This document shows, one piece after another, positions 8,569 to 18,069 of a stretch of 54,974 nucleotides of DNA. The translations under genes were made by a program, and so were the position numbers. The notes under the pieces were generated by a model. That model ran no database searches and was not told where the DNA came from. It saw nothing but the letters and a program-made list of their open reading frames with translations. Each line of letters begins with the position of its first letter. Positions within the stretch are counted from its first letter, which is position 1. Origin of the DNA: an uncultured delta proteobacterium (GTDB lineage Bacteria > Desulfobacterota > Binatia > UBA9968); assembly GCA_963745835.1 (NCBI GenBank), contig CAVUZH010000007.1:1-54974 (forward strand), given 5' to 3'.

Positions 8569-9087
8569 CTACGGCTGCGATAGCGAACGTTGCTCGTCCT
8601 GCTTACGCCGTCCGTATGGGGTCATGCCCCGCGGCTTGTACACCGACAGCGTCGTGGTCACGAGCAGAACCAGTAGGCCGCCCCCGGCGTGGAGGAGTTC
8701 GCCCGGCAGGCCGCCGAGATGGGCAGTGTCCGTCTCTGCCGCTAGGCCTGCTAGGATGCTCACTTTCGGCATGTGCAGCAGCAAGATGGTGGTGGCAAGG
8801 ATGGTTAGCAGGAATTTGAAAAAGACCCAATAGTGCCGGAACAAGCCCCACGTAGTGCCCAGTGACTGGACAAGCCCGGTGAGCACCGAGCCGAGGGCCA
8901 ACGGGACGATCGCGTACCAGCCGGTCAACTCCAGCGCGATCCAGGCGGCACGCACCCTCTGCGTATCCTGGCTGGTCAGAGCGGCGATGACAAGAACTAG
9001 GTAAGCAACGACCGCGCCGAGCCAGCCGACCGAGGAAGTGACATGCGCCGTGAGCGCGAACTTGCGGAGGCCGGGTATGATGGTCAT
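8569..9087 (-). CDS. DUF2269-like integral membrane protein
   Basis: LRKFALTAHVTSSVGWLGA, TGLVQSLGTTWGLFRHYWV, LSVYKP motifs; 4-5 TM segments. Confidence 0.8.
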   Translation of the reverse strand: MTIIPGLRKFALTAHVTSSVGWLGAVVAYLVLVIAALTSQDTQRVRAAWIALELTGWYAIVPLALGSVLTGLVQSLGTTWGLFRHYWVFFKFLLTILATTILLLHMPKVSILAGLAAETDTAHLGGLPGELLHAGGGLLVLLVTTTLSVYKPRGMTPYGRRKQDEQRSLSQP

Positions 9088-9183
9088 GGAATCGATTCGC
9101 GCAACTAAAACGATGACGACAACGTTTCGGTGCTTACCCCGTAGGCTTGTTAGTTCTTCCCCTTTACAACACAATTTATCAAG
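9088..9183 (-). pseudogene. Possible N-terminal remnant of a cation-efflux (CDF-like) transporter, in frame with the DUF2269-like gene
   Basis: DKLCCKGEELTSLRGKHRNVVVIVL resembles the CC..K..EL..LR....VL..VL N-terminus of small cation transporters. Confidence 0.35.
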
Positions 9184-9434
9184 TGGATCGCCCTACCGCC
9201 ATACCACAGATTGTCGCCGGCACAGGTTAGGATGGCGCCGGTTCAGCTTCAATCAAATGAAAAATCCCAAAGAAACTCCGCACTGCCGCTCCAGTGTCAA
9301 AAGAACAGCAACCTCGTTTGCTCCTCCCTAAACCGGTAACCCCATTTCTTGAGAACCGTATCAGAAAATGATGTAAGTCGATAAAGAAGCGACTATTGAT
9401 TATGCTCGGCGTATTCCTCGCTGATGTTGGCCAG

Positions 9435-10409
9435 TCATTTACCGCGTTTTCTCCTGAAATATTCATATAGGTCATCGAACACGGCAAAACCGCGCGCCAT
9501 GCGTGCCTGATCATCCTTATGGGACATGGCAATGCCGGCGATGAGGTGCTCAATGCCTAGCGCTTCCTGGCGTTTGAATTTCGCATCCTTGAGATCGATG
9601 TCATGGATGATCTCTGCGATCGAAATTAGCGCGCCATCTTTTATTCCCGCCCGCTCGATCAAAACCTCGAAGGTGCAACGATCTCCTTCATGCGTGAATT
9701 CGGCTTCGAACATATCGAATCGTATTTCATCCCTCAGCGGCTTATAGCCTTTGGCGGGAACAAACTTGAAATTGGCCTGCTCATCGATGAAACGGCGGAC
9801 CAACCAGGCGCTTGCCATCCGGTCGATATGAATTCCTTTACGCGTCACCCAGATTTTGCCTCTGAGCATTTCCCGATCGACTATCGTCTGAGAAGGCCTT
9901 GCCTTGTTGCCGCGAGTGCGAGATTCGATCTCCGAAATCAGACCACTAGCGGCCTCTCGACCGGAAGCGCCGAAAAAATCGATGGCAACCACCTCATCGA
10001 AGCGCCTTCTGAGTTTAACTATCTCGTGCTCCAGCTCGAGGCGATGGGTTTCAGCAGGTTTGACTTTGAGCGGCATAGTTTTGGCAATGCGACGGGCGGC
10101 CTCAGAGATCTGGACGTAATCTGCGGCGCGAGCAGACTGAAATAGCGCCTCGACATCATCATCAGTCACACCATCGATCAAACGCGCTTCACATAGAGTC
10201 CCATCTCCGCCTCCTTCGATGATTTCGCGGAGCACCCACTGAAAGTCTTCCTGCGATTGATCGTTTTTCGGCAGGGCGTAAACGGAGTTTTTAATCGCGA
10301 CCGCGCCGAGCCGCTGCAACCTGCGCCAGATTTTGACACGCAAGTAATTCGGTTGAGGTGGAATTTGGTGAATCAGCAGGAGCCAGCGTCCGTTGTTCGA
10401 TTCGCTCAT
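9435..10409 (-). CDS. chrB: Chromate-responsive regulator ChrB
   Basis: N-terminal WLLLIHQIP...RVKIWRRL...GA; C-terminal WVTR...HIDRMASAWLVRRFID and FTHEGDRCTFE. Confidence 0.93.
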   Translation of the reverse strand: MSESNNGRWLLLIHQIPPQPNYLRVKIWRRLQRLGAVAIKNSVYALPKNDQSQEDFQWVLREIIEGGGDGTLCEARLIDGVTDDDVEALFQSARAADYVQISEAARRIAKTMPLKVKPAETHRLELEHEIVKLRRRFDEVVAIDFFGASGREAASGLISEIESRTRGNKARPSQTIVDREMLRGKIWVTRKGIHIDRMASAWLVRRFIDEQANFKFVPAKGYKPLRDEIRFDMFEAEFTHEGDRCTFEVLIERAGIKDGALISIAEIIHDIDLKDAKFKRQEALGIEHLIAGIAMSHKDDQARMARGFAVFDDLYEYFRRKRGK

Positions 10410-10511
10410 GGGGAGTTCACTTGACGAAAGGTACAGTTGTTATATATCTGATACAAAAATGTAGCACCTCGCCTGTTTAAGCTTTTATCACTCAAGAGAA
10501 ACGGATCTCTT

Positions 10512-11753
10512 ATGCAACAAACCTCCGATGGGTTATCTACTTCAAATCGACCGACAAGTGAAACTCTCATTCCCGAGAAAGGAATAGGACTATGGCCACT
10601 TGTTGGTTATTTTCTGAAGCTGGGCACCATCGGCTTCGGTGGGCCGGCGGCGCTCGTCGGTTTCATGCACAGAGACCTCGTCGAGGAGCGGCGCTGGATC
10701 ACTGAGGATACCTACAAGCTGTCTCTAGCACTTGCGCAAATCATGCCGGGACCGCTTGCAGCACAAACTGCGATTGCCATTGGTTATTTCGAAGGCGGTA
10801 TTCTCGGCGCAACTCTGGTGGGTCTCGGCTTTATTTTACCTTCGTTTTTCATGGTGGTGGCGATTTCATTGGCTTACGTTGCTTACGGTGGATTGTGGTG
10901 GATGCAGGCTCTCTTCTACACGATCGGGGCCACGGTGATCGCCATCATTGCCATTGCCGCTTACAAACTTGCCCGCAGCACCAACAAGCGTAATCCGCTC
11001 CTCTGGAGCATCTTCGTCGTCCTCACAGCCGTGACCGTGTGGTCGCAGGCGGAGTTGGCAGAGTTCTTCATTCTTGCGGGACTCATCGTCCTGGTTTTTC
11101 AGGCCTGGCCAGGTTGGAAGCCCGGGATGGTAATGATATTCGGCGGCGCGACGCTCGGCGTGATCGTTTGGCTGATGGAGGCCTGGCTCGGTCAGGCGGC
11201 TACCGACAGCAATAGTGGCCACATATTGACTGAGGTCCTGTTGTTTTTTACCAAAGCTGGCGCGTTTGTGTTCGGCAGCGGCCTGGCTATCGTTCCGTTC
11301 TTGCACCAAGGGGTTGTGCAGCAATTCGGCTGGCTAAACGAACACCAGTTTTTAGATGCCGTGGCGGTGGCGATGATCACACCTGGTCCGGTCGTCATCA
11401 CGGTCGCTTTCATTGGCTTTCTCGTCGCCGGCTTGGCCGGGGCGTTTATGGCCTCAATAGGTATCTTCTTACCAGTCTATATATTCACTGTCGTGCCAGC
11501 GCCATGGTTCAAACGCCATCGCGACAACCCTCAGCTGAAAGCCTTCGTTGACGGAGCTACCGCTGCTGCGACCGGCGCGATTACTGGCGCGGTGATTGTG
11601 TTGGGCGCACGAGCAATCACTGATGTATCGACAGCAGCAATCGCGCTCATCAGTCTCGGCGTTTTATGGCGCTTCAAAATCTCGGAACCGATTCTGGTCA
11701 CCATCTCAGGCCTGATCGGATTGATAGTCTGGCCACTGGTCCGGGGAGGGTGA
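10512..11753 (+). CDS. chrA: Chromate efflux transporter ChrA (long-chain CHR)
   Basis: GFGGP, Q..PGP, FVFGSG and TPGP motifs in duplicated halves. Confidence 0.95.
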   Translation: MQQTSDGLSTSNRPTSETLIPEKGIGLWPLVGYFLKLGTIGFGGPAALVGFMHRDLVEERRWITEDTYKLSLALAQIMPGPLAAQTAIAIGYFEGGILGATLVGLGFILPSFFMVVAISLAYVAYGGLWWMQALFYTIGATVIAIIAIAAYKLARSTNKRNPLLWSIFVVLTAVTVWSQAELAEFFILAGLIVLVFQAWPGWKPGMVMIFGGATLGVIVWLMEAWLGQAATDSNSGHILTEVLLFFTKAGAFVFGSGLAIVPFLHQGVVQQFGWLNEHQFLDAVAVAMITPGPVVITVAFIGFLVAGLAGAFMASIGIFLPVYIFTVVPAPWFKRHRDNPQLKAFVDGATAAATGAITGAVIVLGARAITDVSTAAIALISLGVLWRFKISEPILVTISGLIGLIVWPLVRGG

Positions 11754-11779
11754 TTGCAACTGCATCGGAGGCGAACGAT

Positions 11780-12217
11780 ATGAAATGGGTAACCCGCGCC
11801 CGCCCCAAAGTGGATCGCGTCGCTTGTCCCTGGTTAATCAAGCGCTTCGTCGATCCGGCAGCGGAGTTTCTGTACGTACCGACTGATCAAGTGATGGAGG
11901 TGGCGAGACGCGAAGACGCGATCGCATTCGATGTGCCGAACGTCGAATTGGGCCACGACGGACGCAATTGTAGCTTCGACGCGATAATCAACAAGTACAA
12001 TCTCACCGATCCGGCGCTCCAACGACTTGCACCGATCGTCAGAGGCGCCGATACCGATGCGAAGGACCTAACACCAGAGTCACGAGGCTTGGAAGCAATT
12101 GCTGAAGGGTTCCGACTGGTTTATCAGAACGATCATGAGCTTCTCGAACGAGAATCGTCTGTTTACGATGCACTGTACGCGTACTGCCAGGCGCTTGTCA
12201 GCTCAAAAGAAGATTGA
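11780..12217 (+). CDS. chrF: ChrF-like protein (stand-alone ChrB C-terminal domain)
   Basis: MKWVTRARPKVDRVACPWLIKRFVD...CSFDA...IVRGADT; RBS GGAGG. Confidence 0.85.
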   Translation: MKWVTRARPKVDRVACPWLIKRFVDPAAEFLYVPTDQVMEVARREDAIAFDVPNVELGHDGRNCSFDAIINKYNLTDPALQRLAPIVRGADTDAKDLTPESRGLEAIAEGFRLVYQNDHELLERESSVYDALYAYCQALVSSKED

Positions 12218-12225
12218 TTGTCCCC

Positions 12226-12892
12226 ATGAAGAGCATCGGCGCAATTCTCCTGGTCGGTTTCTTTCTTATATCTATTAACAATCCGGCGCACGCTGGAGAG
12301 ATCAATACGGGTAGGTGGAAATGGGATTTCGAGGGAGATCCGGTGAATCAGGCTCCCTCAGGCTTTTCTTTTTCAAGAACGGGGAGCGGCAGCTTAGGCA
12401 AGTGGGCAGTGACCGTTCAAAAGGATGCGCCAAGTGGAGCTAACGTATTGAGCCAACTGGATGCCGATCCGACCAGCTATCGATTTCCCATTGCAATATC
12501 CGACCGACCGTTGCTCCGTGATTTCCGGCTTTCGGTCCGCTGTAAAGCGGTATCCGGCAAAGTGGACCAAGCCTGTGGTCTGGTTTTCCGTTACATCGAT
12601 GAGAATAACTATTACGTCACTCGCGCTAACGCGCTTGAGGACAATGTGCGCTTCTACCACGTGATTGCCGGTAAGCGGACAGAGCTGGCAAGTTGGAGCG
12701 GTCGAGTAACTCCTCGCGATTGGCATGAGCTTAGTATCAGCGCGACAGGCGATCTAGTCGAGAGTTTTTTGGGACGGGAAAAAAATCATAGAAGCGCGCG
12801 ATAAAACCTTTTTAGACGCGGGTAAAGTCGGTCTGTGGACAAAAGCGGATTCCGTTACTCACTTCGATGATTTGACTGTCGAAGCAAAATAG
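12226..12892 (+). CDS. Secreted DUF1080-like (concanavalin/GH16-like beta-sandwich) protein, frameshift near 12770
   Basis: Signal peptide; G.VDQACGLVFRY.D.NNYY..RANALEDNVR. The C-terminus (WDGKKIIEARDKTFLDAGKVGLWTKADSVTHFDDL) continues in another frame after a homopolymer run. Confidence 0.75.
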
Positions 12893-12901
12893 GAGTCGAT
12901 C

Positions 12902-13645
12902 ATGACGCGACGAGAACTGATCGGTACCATCATCAGAGGCAGCTTAATTGCCAGCTTGACTGATGTTTTAAATATCTTCGAAGGAGGAATGGTCATGGCG
13001 CAGGAATCTGAAAAGAAGAGCGCATCGAGTTCGCAATTGGCGCCGGCTTACAAGGGCGAGAATCAAGTACAGCCGCTGCCGTTTAATCCGGCTAAGTTGC
13101 CAGGGTTGTCTGAGAAACTAATTGTGTCACACCATCAGAATAATTATGGCGGAGCGGTCCGCCGGCTGAACCAAATTCAACAGCAGATCGGCAGTCTTCC
13201 AAAGGACGCTCAGCCCTACCAGATGGGATCGCTCAAACGCGAAGAGATCGTGGCAACGAACTCCATGATTCTCCACGAATTTTATTTCGGCAATCTTGGA
13301 GGAGACGGAAAGTCTAGCGGCACGATCGCCAATTTCATCAACTCCCATTACGGTTCGCTCGGGACGTGGGAACAGGATTTCCGGCGCACAGGAATGTCTC
13401 TCGGAGGCGGCTCTGGGTGGGTCATTCTAAACTATAATTACCGTGACAATGCAGTCCACAACTACTGGGCAGCCGATCATACCAATAGTCTGGCTTGGGG
13501 ATTGCCGTTGCTCGTTATGGACATGTATGAGCATGCTTACGCAATGGATTACGGAGCGAACGCGTCTGGATATGTCGATGCCTTTTTCCAAAACATCAAT
13601 TGGGATGAAGTCAATCGGCGTGCTGAGGGAGTCCGCCGCAGCTAA
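12902..13645 (+). CDS. chrC: Fe/Mn superoxide dismutase, ChrC type
   Basis: SHHQNNYGG, ILHEFYF, GGSGW, DMYEHAY motifs; chr operon context; RRELI Tat-like leader (alternative internal start MAQES with a strong RBS). Confidence 0.88.
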   Translation: MTRRELIGTIIRGSLIASLTDVLNIFEGGMVMAQESEKKSASSSQLAPAYKGENQVQPLPFNPAKLPGLSEKLIVSHHQNNYGGAVRRLNQIQQQIGSLPKDAQPYQMGSLKREEIVATNSMILHEFYFGNLGGDGKSSGTIANFINSHYGSLGTWEQDFRRTGMSLGGGSGWVILNYNYRDNAVHNYWAADHTNSLAWGLPLLVMDMYEHAYAMDYGANASGYVDAFFQNINWDEVNRRAEGVRRS

Positions 13646-13780
13646 CATCCCAGACTATGTCTAACGTACTGGTCGGAATTTCCCAGAACTTTGGGTTTCT
13701 TACAAGAATGCTCAAGTTTAGAGTGACACATGACTTGAGCCGATCCTTAAATAACAGCAGAGAAACCATCTCCAGGTGTC

Positions 13781-14083
13781 ATGTTAAAGCCGAAATCGCT
13801 CCCATTCCGCCGCATCCTCATAGCCACGCTGACAGTCGTTGCTCTCCTCTTACCTGCTCTTCATTTTCACCCCGCCGACGAGCATATGCATGGAGCAGAG
13901 GCGGCGCATCGTCACGGGATTGTTCATGCTGATTTTTTTACCGTGTTCGATCACCAGAACATTGAGAATCTGAATGACAACAACTCATCAAATGTATTCG
14001 AACTTGACTCCCCTTGGTCGAATGACCAGATCGGTCTAGTTGCAGTCACTTCTCCTCAGCAGCCGAATACTTCAAAGTATTAA
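13781..14083 (+). CDS. Small His-rich hypothetical protein with N-terminal hydrophobic segment
   Basis: ILIATLTVVALLLPAL followed by HFHPADEHMHG...HRHG.VH. Confidence 0.5.
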   Translation: MLKPKSLPFRRILIATLTVVALLLPALHFHPADEHMHGAEAAHRHGIVHADFFTVFDHQNIENLNDNNSSNVFELDSPWSNDQIGLVAVTSPQQPNTSKY

Positions 14084-14155
14084 GGTGAGATAGCGGAATA
14101 GGTTTGCAAACCCTCGTGTCATAGTGGAAGGTTCCGTCGAAAGGGATGGAACACT

Positions 14156-15388
14156 ATGAGCGAGCGCGTTCACACCGAGAGCCATGACTTTGTCCGCGGA
14201 CAGGAGCGGGGCTCGTTTCTGGAAGTTCTTTGGGCCTCGACACGACTGGGACTAACTTCTTTTGGCGGACCCATCGCGCACCTCGGTTATTTTCATGAAG
14301 AGTACGTCAAGCAAAGAAAGTGGATCGACGAGCAAAGTTATGCCGATCTGGTGGCTCTTTGCCAATTCCTACCAGGGCCGGCAAGTAGCCAAGTCAGCAT
14401 AGCGATTGGTATTCTCCGCGCGCGTTTCCTTGGCGGGATCGCGGCTTGGATCGGATTTACCTTGCCATCCGCGCTTGCGCTGATCGCGTTCGGTTTGGGG
14501 ATCGGTGCGTTCGCCGGAGCTAGCGATGCGGGATGGTTGCATGGCCTGAAAGTCGTCGCCGTTGCCGTGGTTGCGCAAGCAGTTTGGGGCATGGCGCGTT
14601 CTCTCTGTCCGGATCGTGAACGAGCGACGATTGCTATTCTCGCTGCCATTGTCACACTGGCGTGGCCAAGTGCCCTCGGACAGCTTTCATCGATCGTCAT
14701 TGCCGGACTGATCGGCGCCATGATCTTCCCGGGACAAACCTCTTCTTCACCTGCGTCGATGCGCTTTCCCATCGCGAAAAAAACCGGAATAGCCGCTTGG
14801 ATAATCTTTTTCGTGCTGCTGGTTGGGCTGCCGTTTTGTCGGCAGATATCGCCGAGCCACGCGCTTGAGGTTTTTGACAGTTTTTTCCGTGTCGGATCAT
14901 TGGTGTTCGGCGGAGGCCATGTGGTGCTGCCTCTGCTTCAAACCGAAGTCGTCGGTCCTGGTTGGGTTACGGTCGAACAGTTCGTTGCGGGTTATGGAGC
15001 GACGCAGGCTGTGCCGGGACCGCTTTTTACGTTTTCCGCTTACCTTGGCACCGTTATGAGTTTTGAACCGAATGGATGGACCGGAGCATTCTTGGCATTG
15101 GTCGCGATCTTTCTTCCATCATTTCTTTTGGTCATCGGCGCCCTTCCATTCTGGGATCTGCTTCGCTCGGTGCCCATATTCCAGTCTGCGCTGAAAGGCA
15201 TCAATGCGGCTGTGGTCGGCTTATTGCTCGCGGCGCTATACAACCCAGTCTGGAGAAGCGCGATCTATTCGCCCGCTGATTTCGCGCTTGGCCTCATCGC
15301 ATTTGGTCTTTTGATGTTCTGGAAGTTTCCTCCCTGGATGGTGGTTGTGTTGTGCGCCGTTGGCGGCGAAGCGCTAGCGCGCATCTGA
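14156..15388 (+). CDS. chrA: Second chromate/oxyanion transporter, CHR family
   Basis: LGLTSFGGPIAHLGYF, CQFLPGPASSQ, VFGGGHVVLPLL, QAVPGPLF. Confidence 0.95.
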   Translation: MSERVHTESHDFVRGQERGSFLEVLWASTRLGLTSFGGPIAHLGYFHEEYVKQRKWIDEQSYADLVALCQFLPGPASSQVSIAIGILRARFLGGIAAWIGFTLPSALALIAFGLGIGAFAGASDAGWLHGLKVVAVAVVAQAVWGMARSLCPDRERATIAILAAIVTLAWPSALGQLSSIVIAGLIGAMIFPGQTSSSPASMRFPIAKKTGIAAWIIFFVLLVGLPFCRQISPSHALEVFDSFFRVGSLVFGGGHVVLPLLQTEVVGPGWVTVEQFVAGYGATQAVPGPLFTFSAYLGTVMSFEPNGWTGAFLALVAIFLPSFLLVIGALPFWDLLRSVPIFQSALKGINAAVVGLLLAALYNPVWRSAIYSPADFALGLIAFGLLMFWKFPPWMVVVLCAVGGEALARI

Positions 15389-15569
15389 TATCGGCAGTTA
15401 AAACTCGCCGCTCCCGATCCTCAAAAGCATCTGTCTCCATTTTTAATGAAGGCTTTCTTCGGCGGCCACGTTGTCATTGCACTACTATAATCTTCTCCCT
15501 TCAGAGACTGATTTTTTGTCATTAATTGTAATAATTTGTGTTTTTTCGGGAATATGCTATGGCAGAAAT

Positions 15570-16484
15570 ATGGCACAACCCATACCTCAACTGATGAACA
15601 CCCGAGAGGTAGCCCGCTATCTCGGGATCAACGAGAAAAAAGTCTATGCGCTGGCAAAGGCGCGCAGGATTCCCTGCACCCGAGTCACCGGCAAATGGAC
15701 GTTCCCGCGGAAACTGATCGACTCCTGGATTGAGCAGAGCGCAGTTCAGCCGCAGACCAGAGACCTTCGTCAGGAGCAGCGTCCGTTTTTGCTCGCCGCC
15801 GGCAGTGACGATCCCAGTCTCGGCGTTTTACGCGAGCTGTTTGAAGAGCAGACAAAGCCCGCCTCGTTTTTCTTGAACCCCGTCGGCAGCAGCGGCGGTT
15901 TGGCCGCCCTTCGTGATGGCGTCGCCGATCTCGCAACCTCACATATCCTGGATCCCGCCAGCGGCGAGTACAATCTGACTTTCGTCAAGAACTTCCTCGG
16001 CGCCAAGGCTGTGGTGGTTCAGCTGTTTCATCGCCAACTCGGTCTCCTGGTAGCCCCGGGAAATCCTATGAAGCTGCGCACGCTTGGCGATCTGGCGCGG
16101 CGCAAAGTGCGCATGATCAACCGTCAAAGCGGTTCAGGCACCCGTCTCTACCTTGATCACGCGCTGGGGCGACTCAAGATCAACTCGCGAAAACTCAACG
16201 GCTACGAAACCGCGGTAGCGACTCACGTCGAGGTGGGATTGCGGGTGCTGCGCGGCGAGGTGGATACCGGACTGGCGACCATGACGACGGCGCGGATGTT
16301 AGGGCTCGACTTTATACCGCTGGCGCGCGAGCGCTTTGACGCGGTGATCCCGCAAGAGCGTTTCTTCTCGCCCGGGGTTCAAGCCTTACTGAGCGTTGTC
16401 GGCTCGCGTGAGTTTCGCGGCCGCTTGGAAGCGATGGGCGGATACGACAGCTCCGAATCGGGCCGGATTATCCAAACAAATTGA
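15570..16484 (+). CDS. Excisionase-type HTH plus PBP-like (molybdate/tungstate-binding) transcriptional regulator
   Basis: LMNTREVARYL.INEKKVY...IP..RVTGKW.F HTH; GSDD, GS.GGL.AL and NRQ.GSGTR PBP-like motifs. Confidence 0.88.
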   Translation: MAQPIPQLMNTREVARYLGINEKKVYALAKARRIPCTRVTGKWTFPRKLIDSWIEQSAVQPQTRDLRQEQRPFLLAAGSDDPSLGVLRELFEEQTKPASFFLNPVGSSGGLAALRDGVADLATSHILDPASGEYNLTFVKNFLGAKAVVVQLFHRQLGLLVAPGNPMKLRTLGDLARRKVRMINRQSGSGTRLYLDHALGRLKINSRKLNGYETAVATHVEVGLRVLRGEVDTGLATMTTARMLGLDFIPLARERFDAVIPQERFFSPGVQALLSVVGSREFRGRLEAMGGYDSSESGRIIQTN

Positions 16485-16499
16485 GCGAGGACAACGGAA

Positions 16500-17354
16500 A
16501 TGCAAACAGCCAAAATCGCCATTCGCATGCTCATAACATTTCTCGGGCTGCTGCTTGCCACCAACGGCCATGCCGCCGATGCAGCGAGCCGCAATGTCAT
16601 ATTGTCGACGACGACCAGCACGCAAGACTCGGGCTTGCTCGACGTGTTGGTGCCGCTGTTTGAAAAACAGAGCGGCTATAGCGTGAAGACTATCTCGGTG
16701 GGCACCGGGCAGTCGCTGGAACTCGCTGCCAAGGGCGATGCCGACGTTGCGCTGGTTCACGCGCCCAGTTTGGAAAGAAAGTATGTGGCCGACGGTAAAC
16801 TGCACAACCGACGCCTGGTGATGTACAACGATTTCGTCATTATTGGACCTAAAGACGATCCGGCCAAAATTGCAAAGCTTAACTCCGCGGGCGCGGCTCT
16901 CAAAGCGATCGAGCGCGCCAGCGCTCCGTTTATTTCCCGAGGCGACAACTCCGGCACGCATAATCTTGAAAAGTCACTATGGAAAGCCGCCGGCATTCGG
17001 CCCCAGGGTTCCTGGTATATCGAGTCGGGCCAGGGCATGGGCGCAACTCTCGGCATCGCGCAGGAACGCAATGCCTATACAGTCACCGACCGCGGCACTT
17101 ATCTGGCGCTGCAAAGGCGTGTCACACTGCCGATTCTCGTCGAAGGGGATCGTACGTTGCTGAATCTATACTCCGTTTTGGAAGTGAACCCCGGCAATGG
17201 GCCACGCGTGAATGCAGTCGGAGGCAAGGCCTTCGCGGACTTCATGGTATCTGATCAAGCGCAAAAACTGATCAAGAGCTTCGGTGTCGAAAAGTTTGGC
17301 CAACCTTTGTTTGTGCCCGTCGCCGGCAAGCGGGAAGAAGAGTTGGGAGCATGA
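16500..17354 (+). CDS. tupA: Tungstate ABC transporter substrate-binding protein
   Basis: TTTS tungstate signature, DSGLL, GTGQ, VHAP, SRGDNSGTH, TDRGTY. Confidence 0.93.
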   Translation: MQTAKIAIRMLITFLGLLLATNGHAADAASRNVILSTTTSTQDSGLLDVLVPLFEKQSGYSVKTISVGTGQSLELAAKGDADVALVHAPSLERKYVADGKLHNRRLVMYNDFVIIGPKDDPAKIAKLNSAGAALKAIERASAPFISRGDNSGTHNLEKSLWKAAGIRPQGSWYIESGQGMGATLGIAQERNAYTVTDRGTYLALQRRVTLPILVEGDRTLLNLYSVLEVNPGNGPRVNAVGGKAFADFMVSDQAQKLIKSFGVEKFGQPLFVPVAGKREEELGA

Positions 17355-17355
17355 C

Positions 17356-18069
17356 ATGGAGCTTATTTGGCACGGTGTCCTCAAGGCTGCGGAGCTGGTC
17401 TTTGGCCTGGATGGCGAAGTGTGGTCCATCACCTGGCGCTCACTCCAGATCTCCGGCTGTGCGACCTTCATTTCGCTTTTGATCGGCATGCCCCTCGGTA
17501 TTGCTCTCGCGCTTGCAAGATTTCCCGGCCGCGGCACTACCGTAGCTTTGATCAATACCGGTATGGGCTTTCCACCTGTGGTCGTCGGTTTGTTTATTTC
17601 GATTTTTCTGTGGCGCAGCGGTCCCCTGGGTTTCCTTGAGTTGATCTACACGCCGACGGCAATGGTCATCGCACAGGTGATTATCGCTTTCCCCATCGTC
17701 GCGGGTTTGACCATGGCGAGTTTCCAGGCTCTCGATCCCAAACTTGCGCTGCAACTGCTCGGCATCGGCGCTTCGAAGCCGCAGTTACTTTGGTTACTGG
17801 TGAGGGAGGCGAAGTTGCCGTTGCTGGCGGCGGTCATGGCCGGCTTCGGTGGTGTGATCTCGGAAGTCGGCGCCTCGATGATGGTGGGTGGCAATATTCG
17901 TGGCCAAACTCGCGTTCTCACCACGGCCACGGTGCTGGAAACCGGCAAAGGCAACTTTGAAATTGCCATTGCGCTGGGCTTGATTCTGCTGGGGCTGACT
18001 TTCGCAATCAATCTTCTTCTTACGCGTATCCAGCAGCGGGAGCAGTTGCGGTGGCCGCGACTCTCCTGA
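17356..18069 (+). CDS. tupB: Tungstate ABC transporter permease
   Basis: PPVVVGL, SEVGASMMVGGNI...TRVLTT motifs. Confidence 0.93.
   Translation: MELIWHGVLKAAELVFGLDGEVWSITWRSLQISGCATFISLLIGMPLGIALALARFPGRGTTVALINTGMGFPPVVVGLFISIFLWRSGPLGFLELIYTPTAMVIAQVIIAFPIVAGLTMASFQALDPKLALQLLGIGASKPQLLWLLVREAKLPLLAAVMAGFGGVISEVGASMMVGGNIRGQTRVLTTATVLETGKGNFEIAIALGLILLGLTFAINLLLTRIQQREQLRWPRLS

Noticed and set aside
10420-10462. CTTGACGAAAGGT in the chrB-chrA spacer, matching part of the 47-bp repeat, plus an imperfect TTGT...ACAA palindrome
   Set aside because: It lacks the CTTCA/TGTAAT core. It is probably a sigma70 -35 box with a possible ChrB operator, but too weak to call.
15570-15760. Excisionase-like HTH as evidence of a prophage or integrative element
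   Set aside because: It is fused to a PBP sensor domain, and no integrase, att site or phage genes are present.
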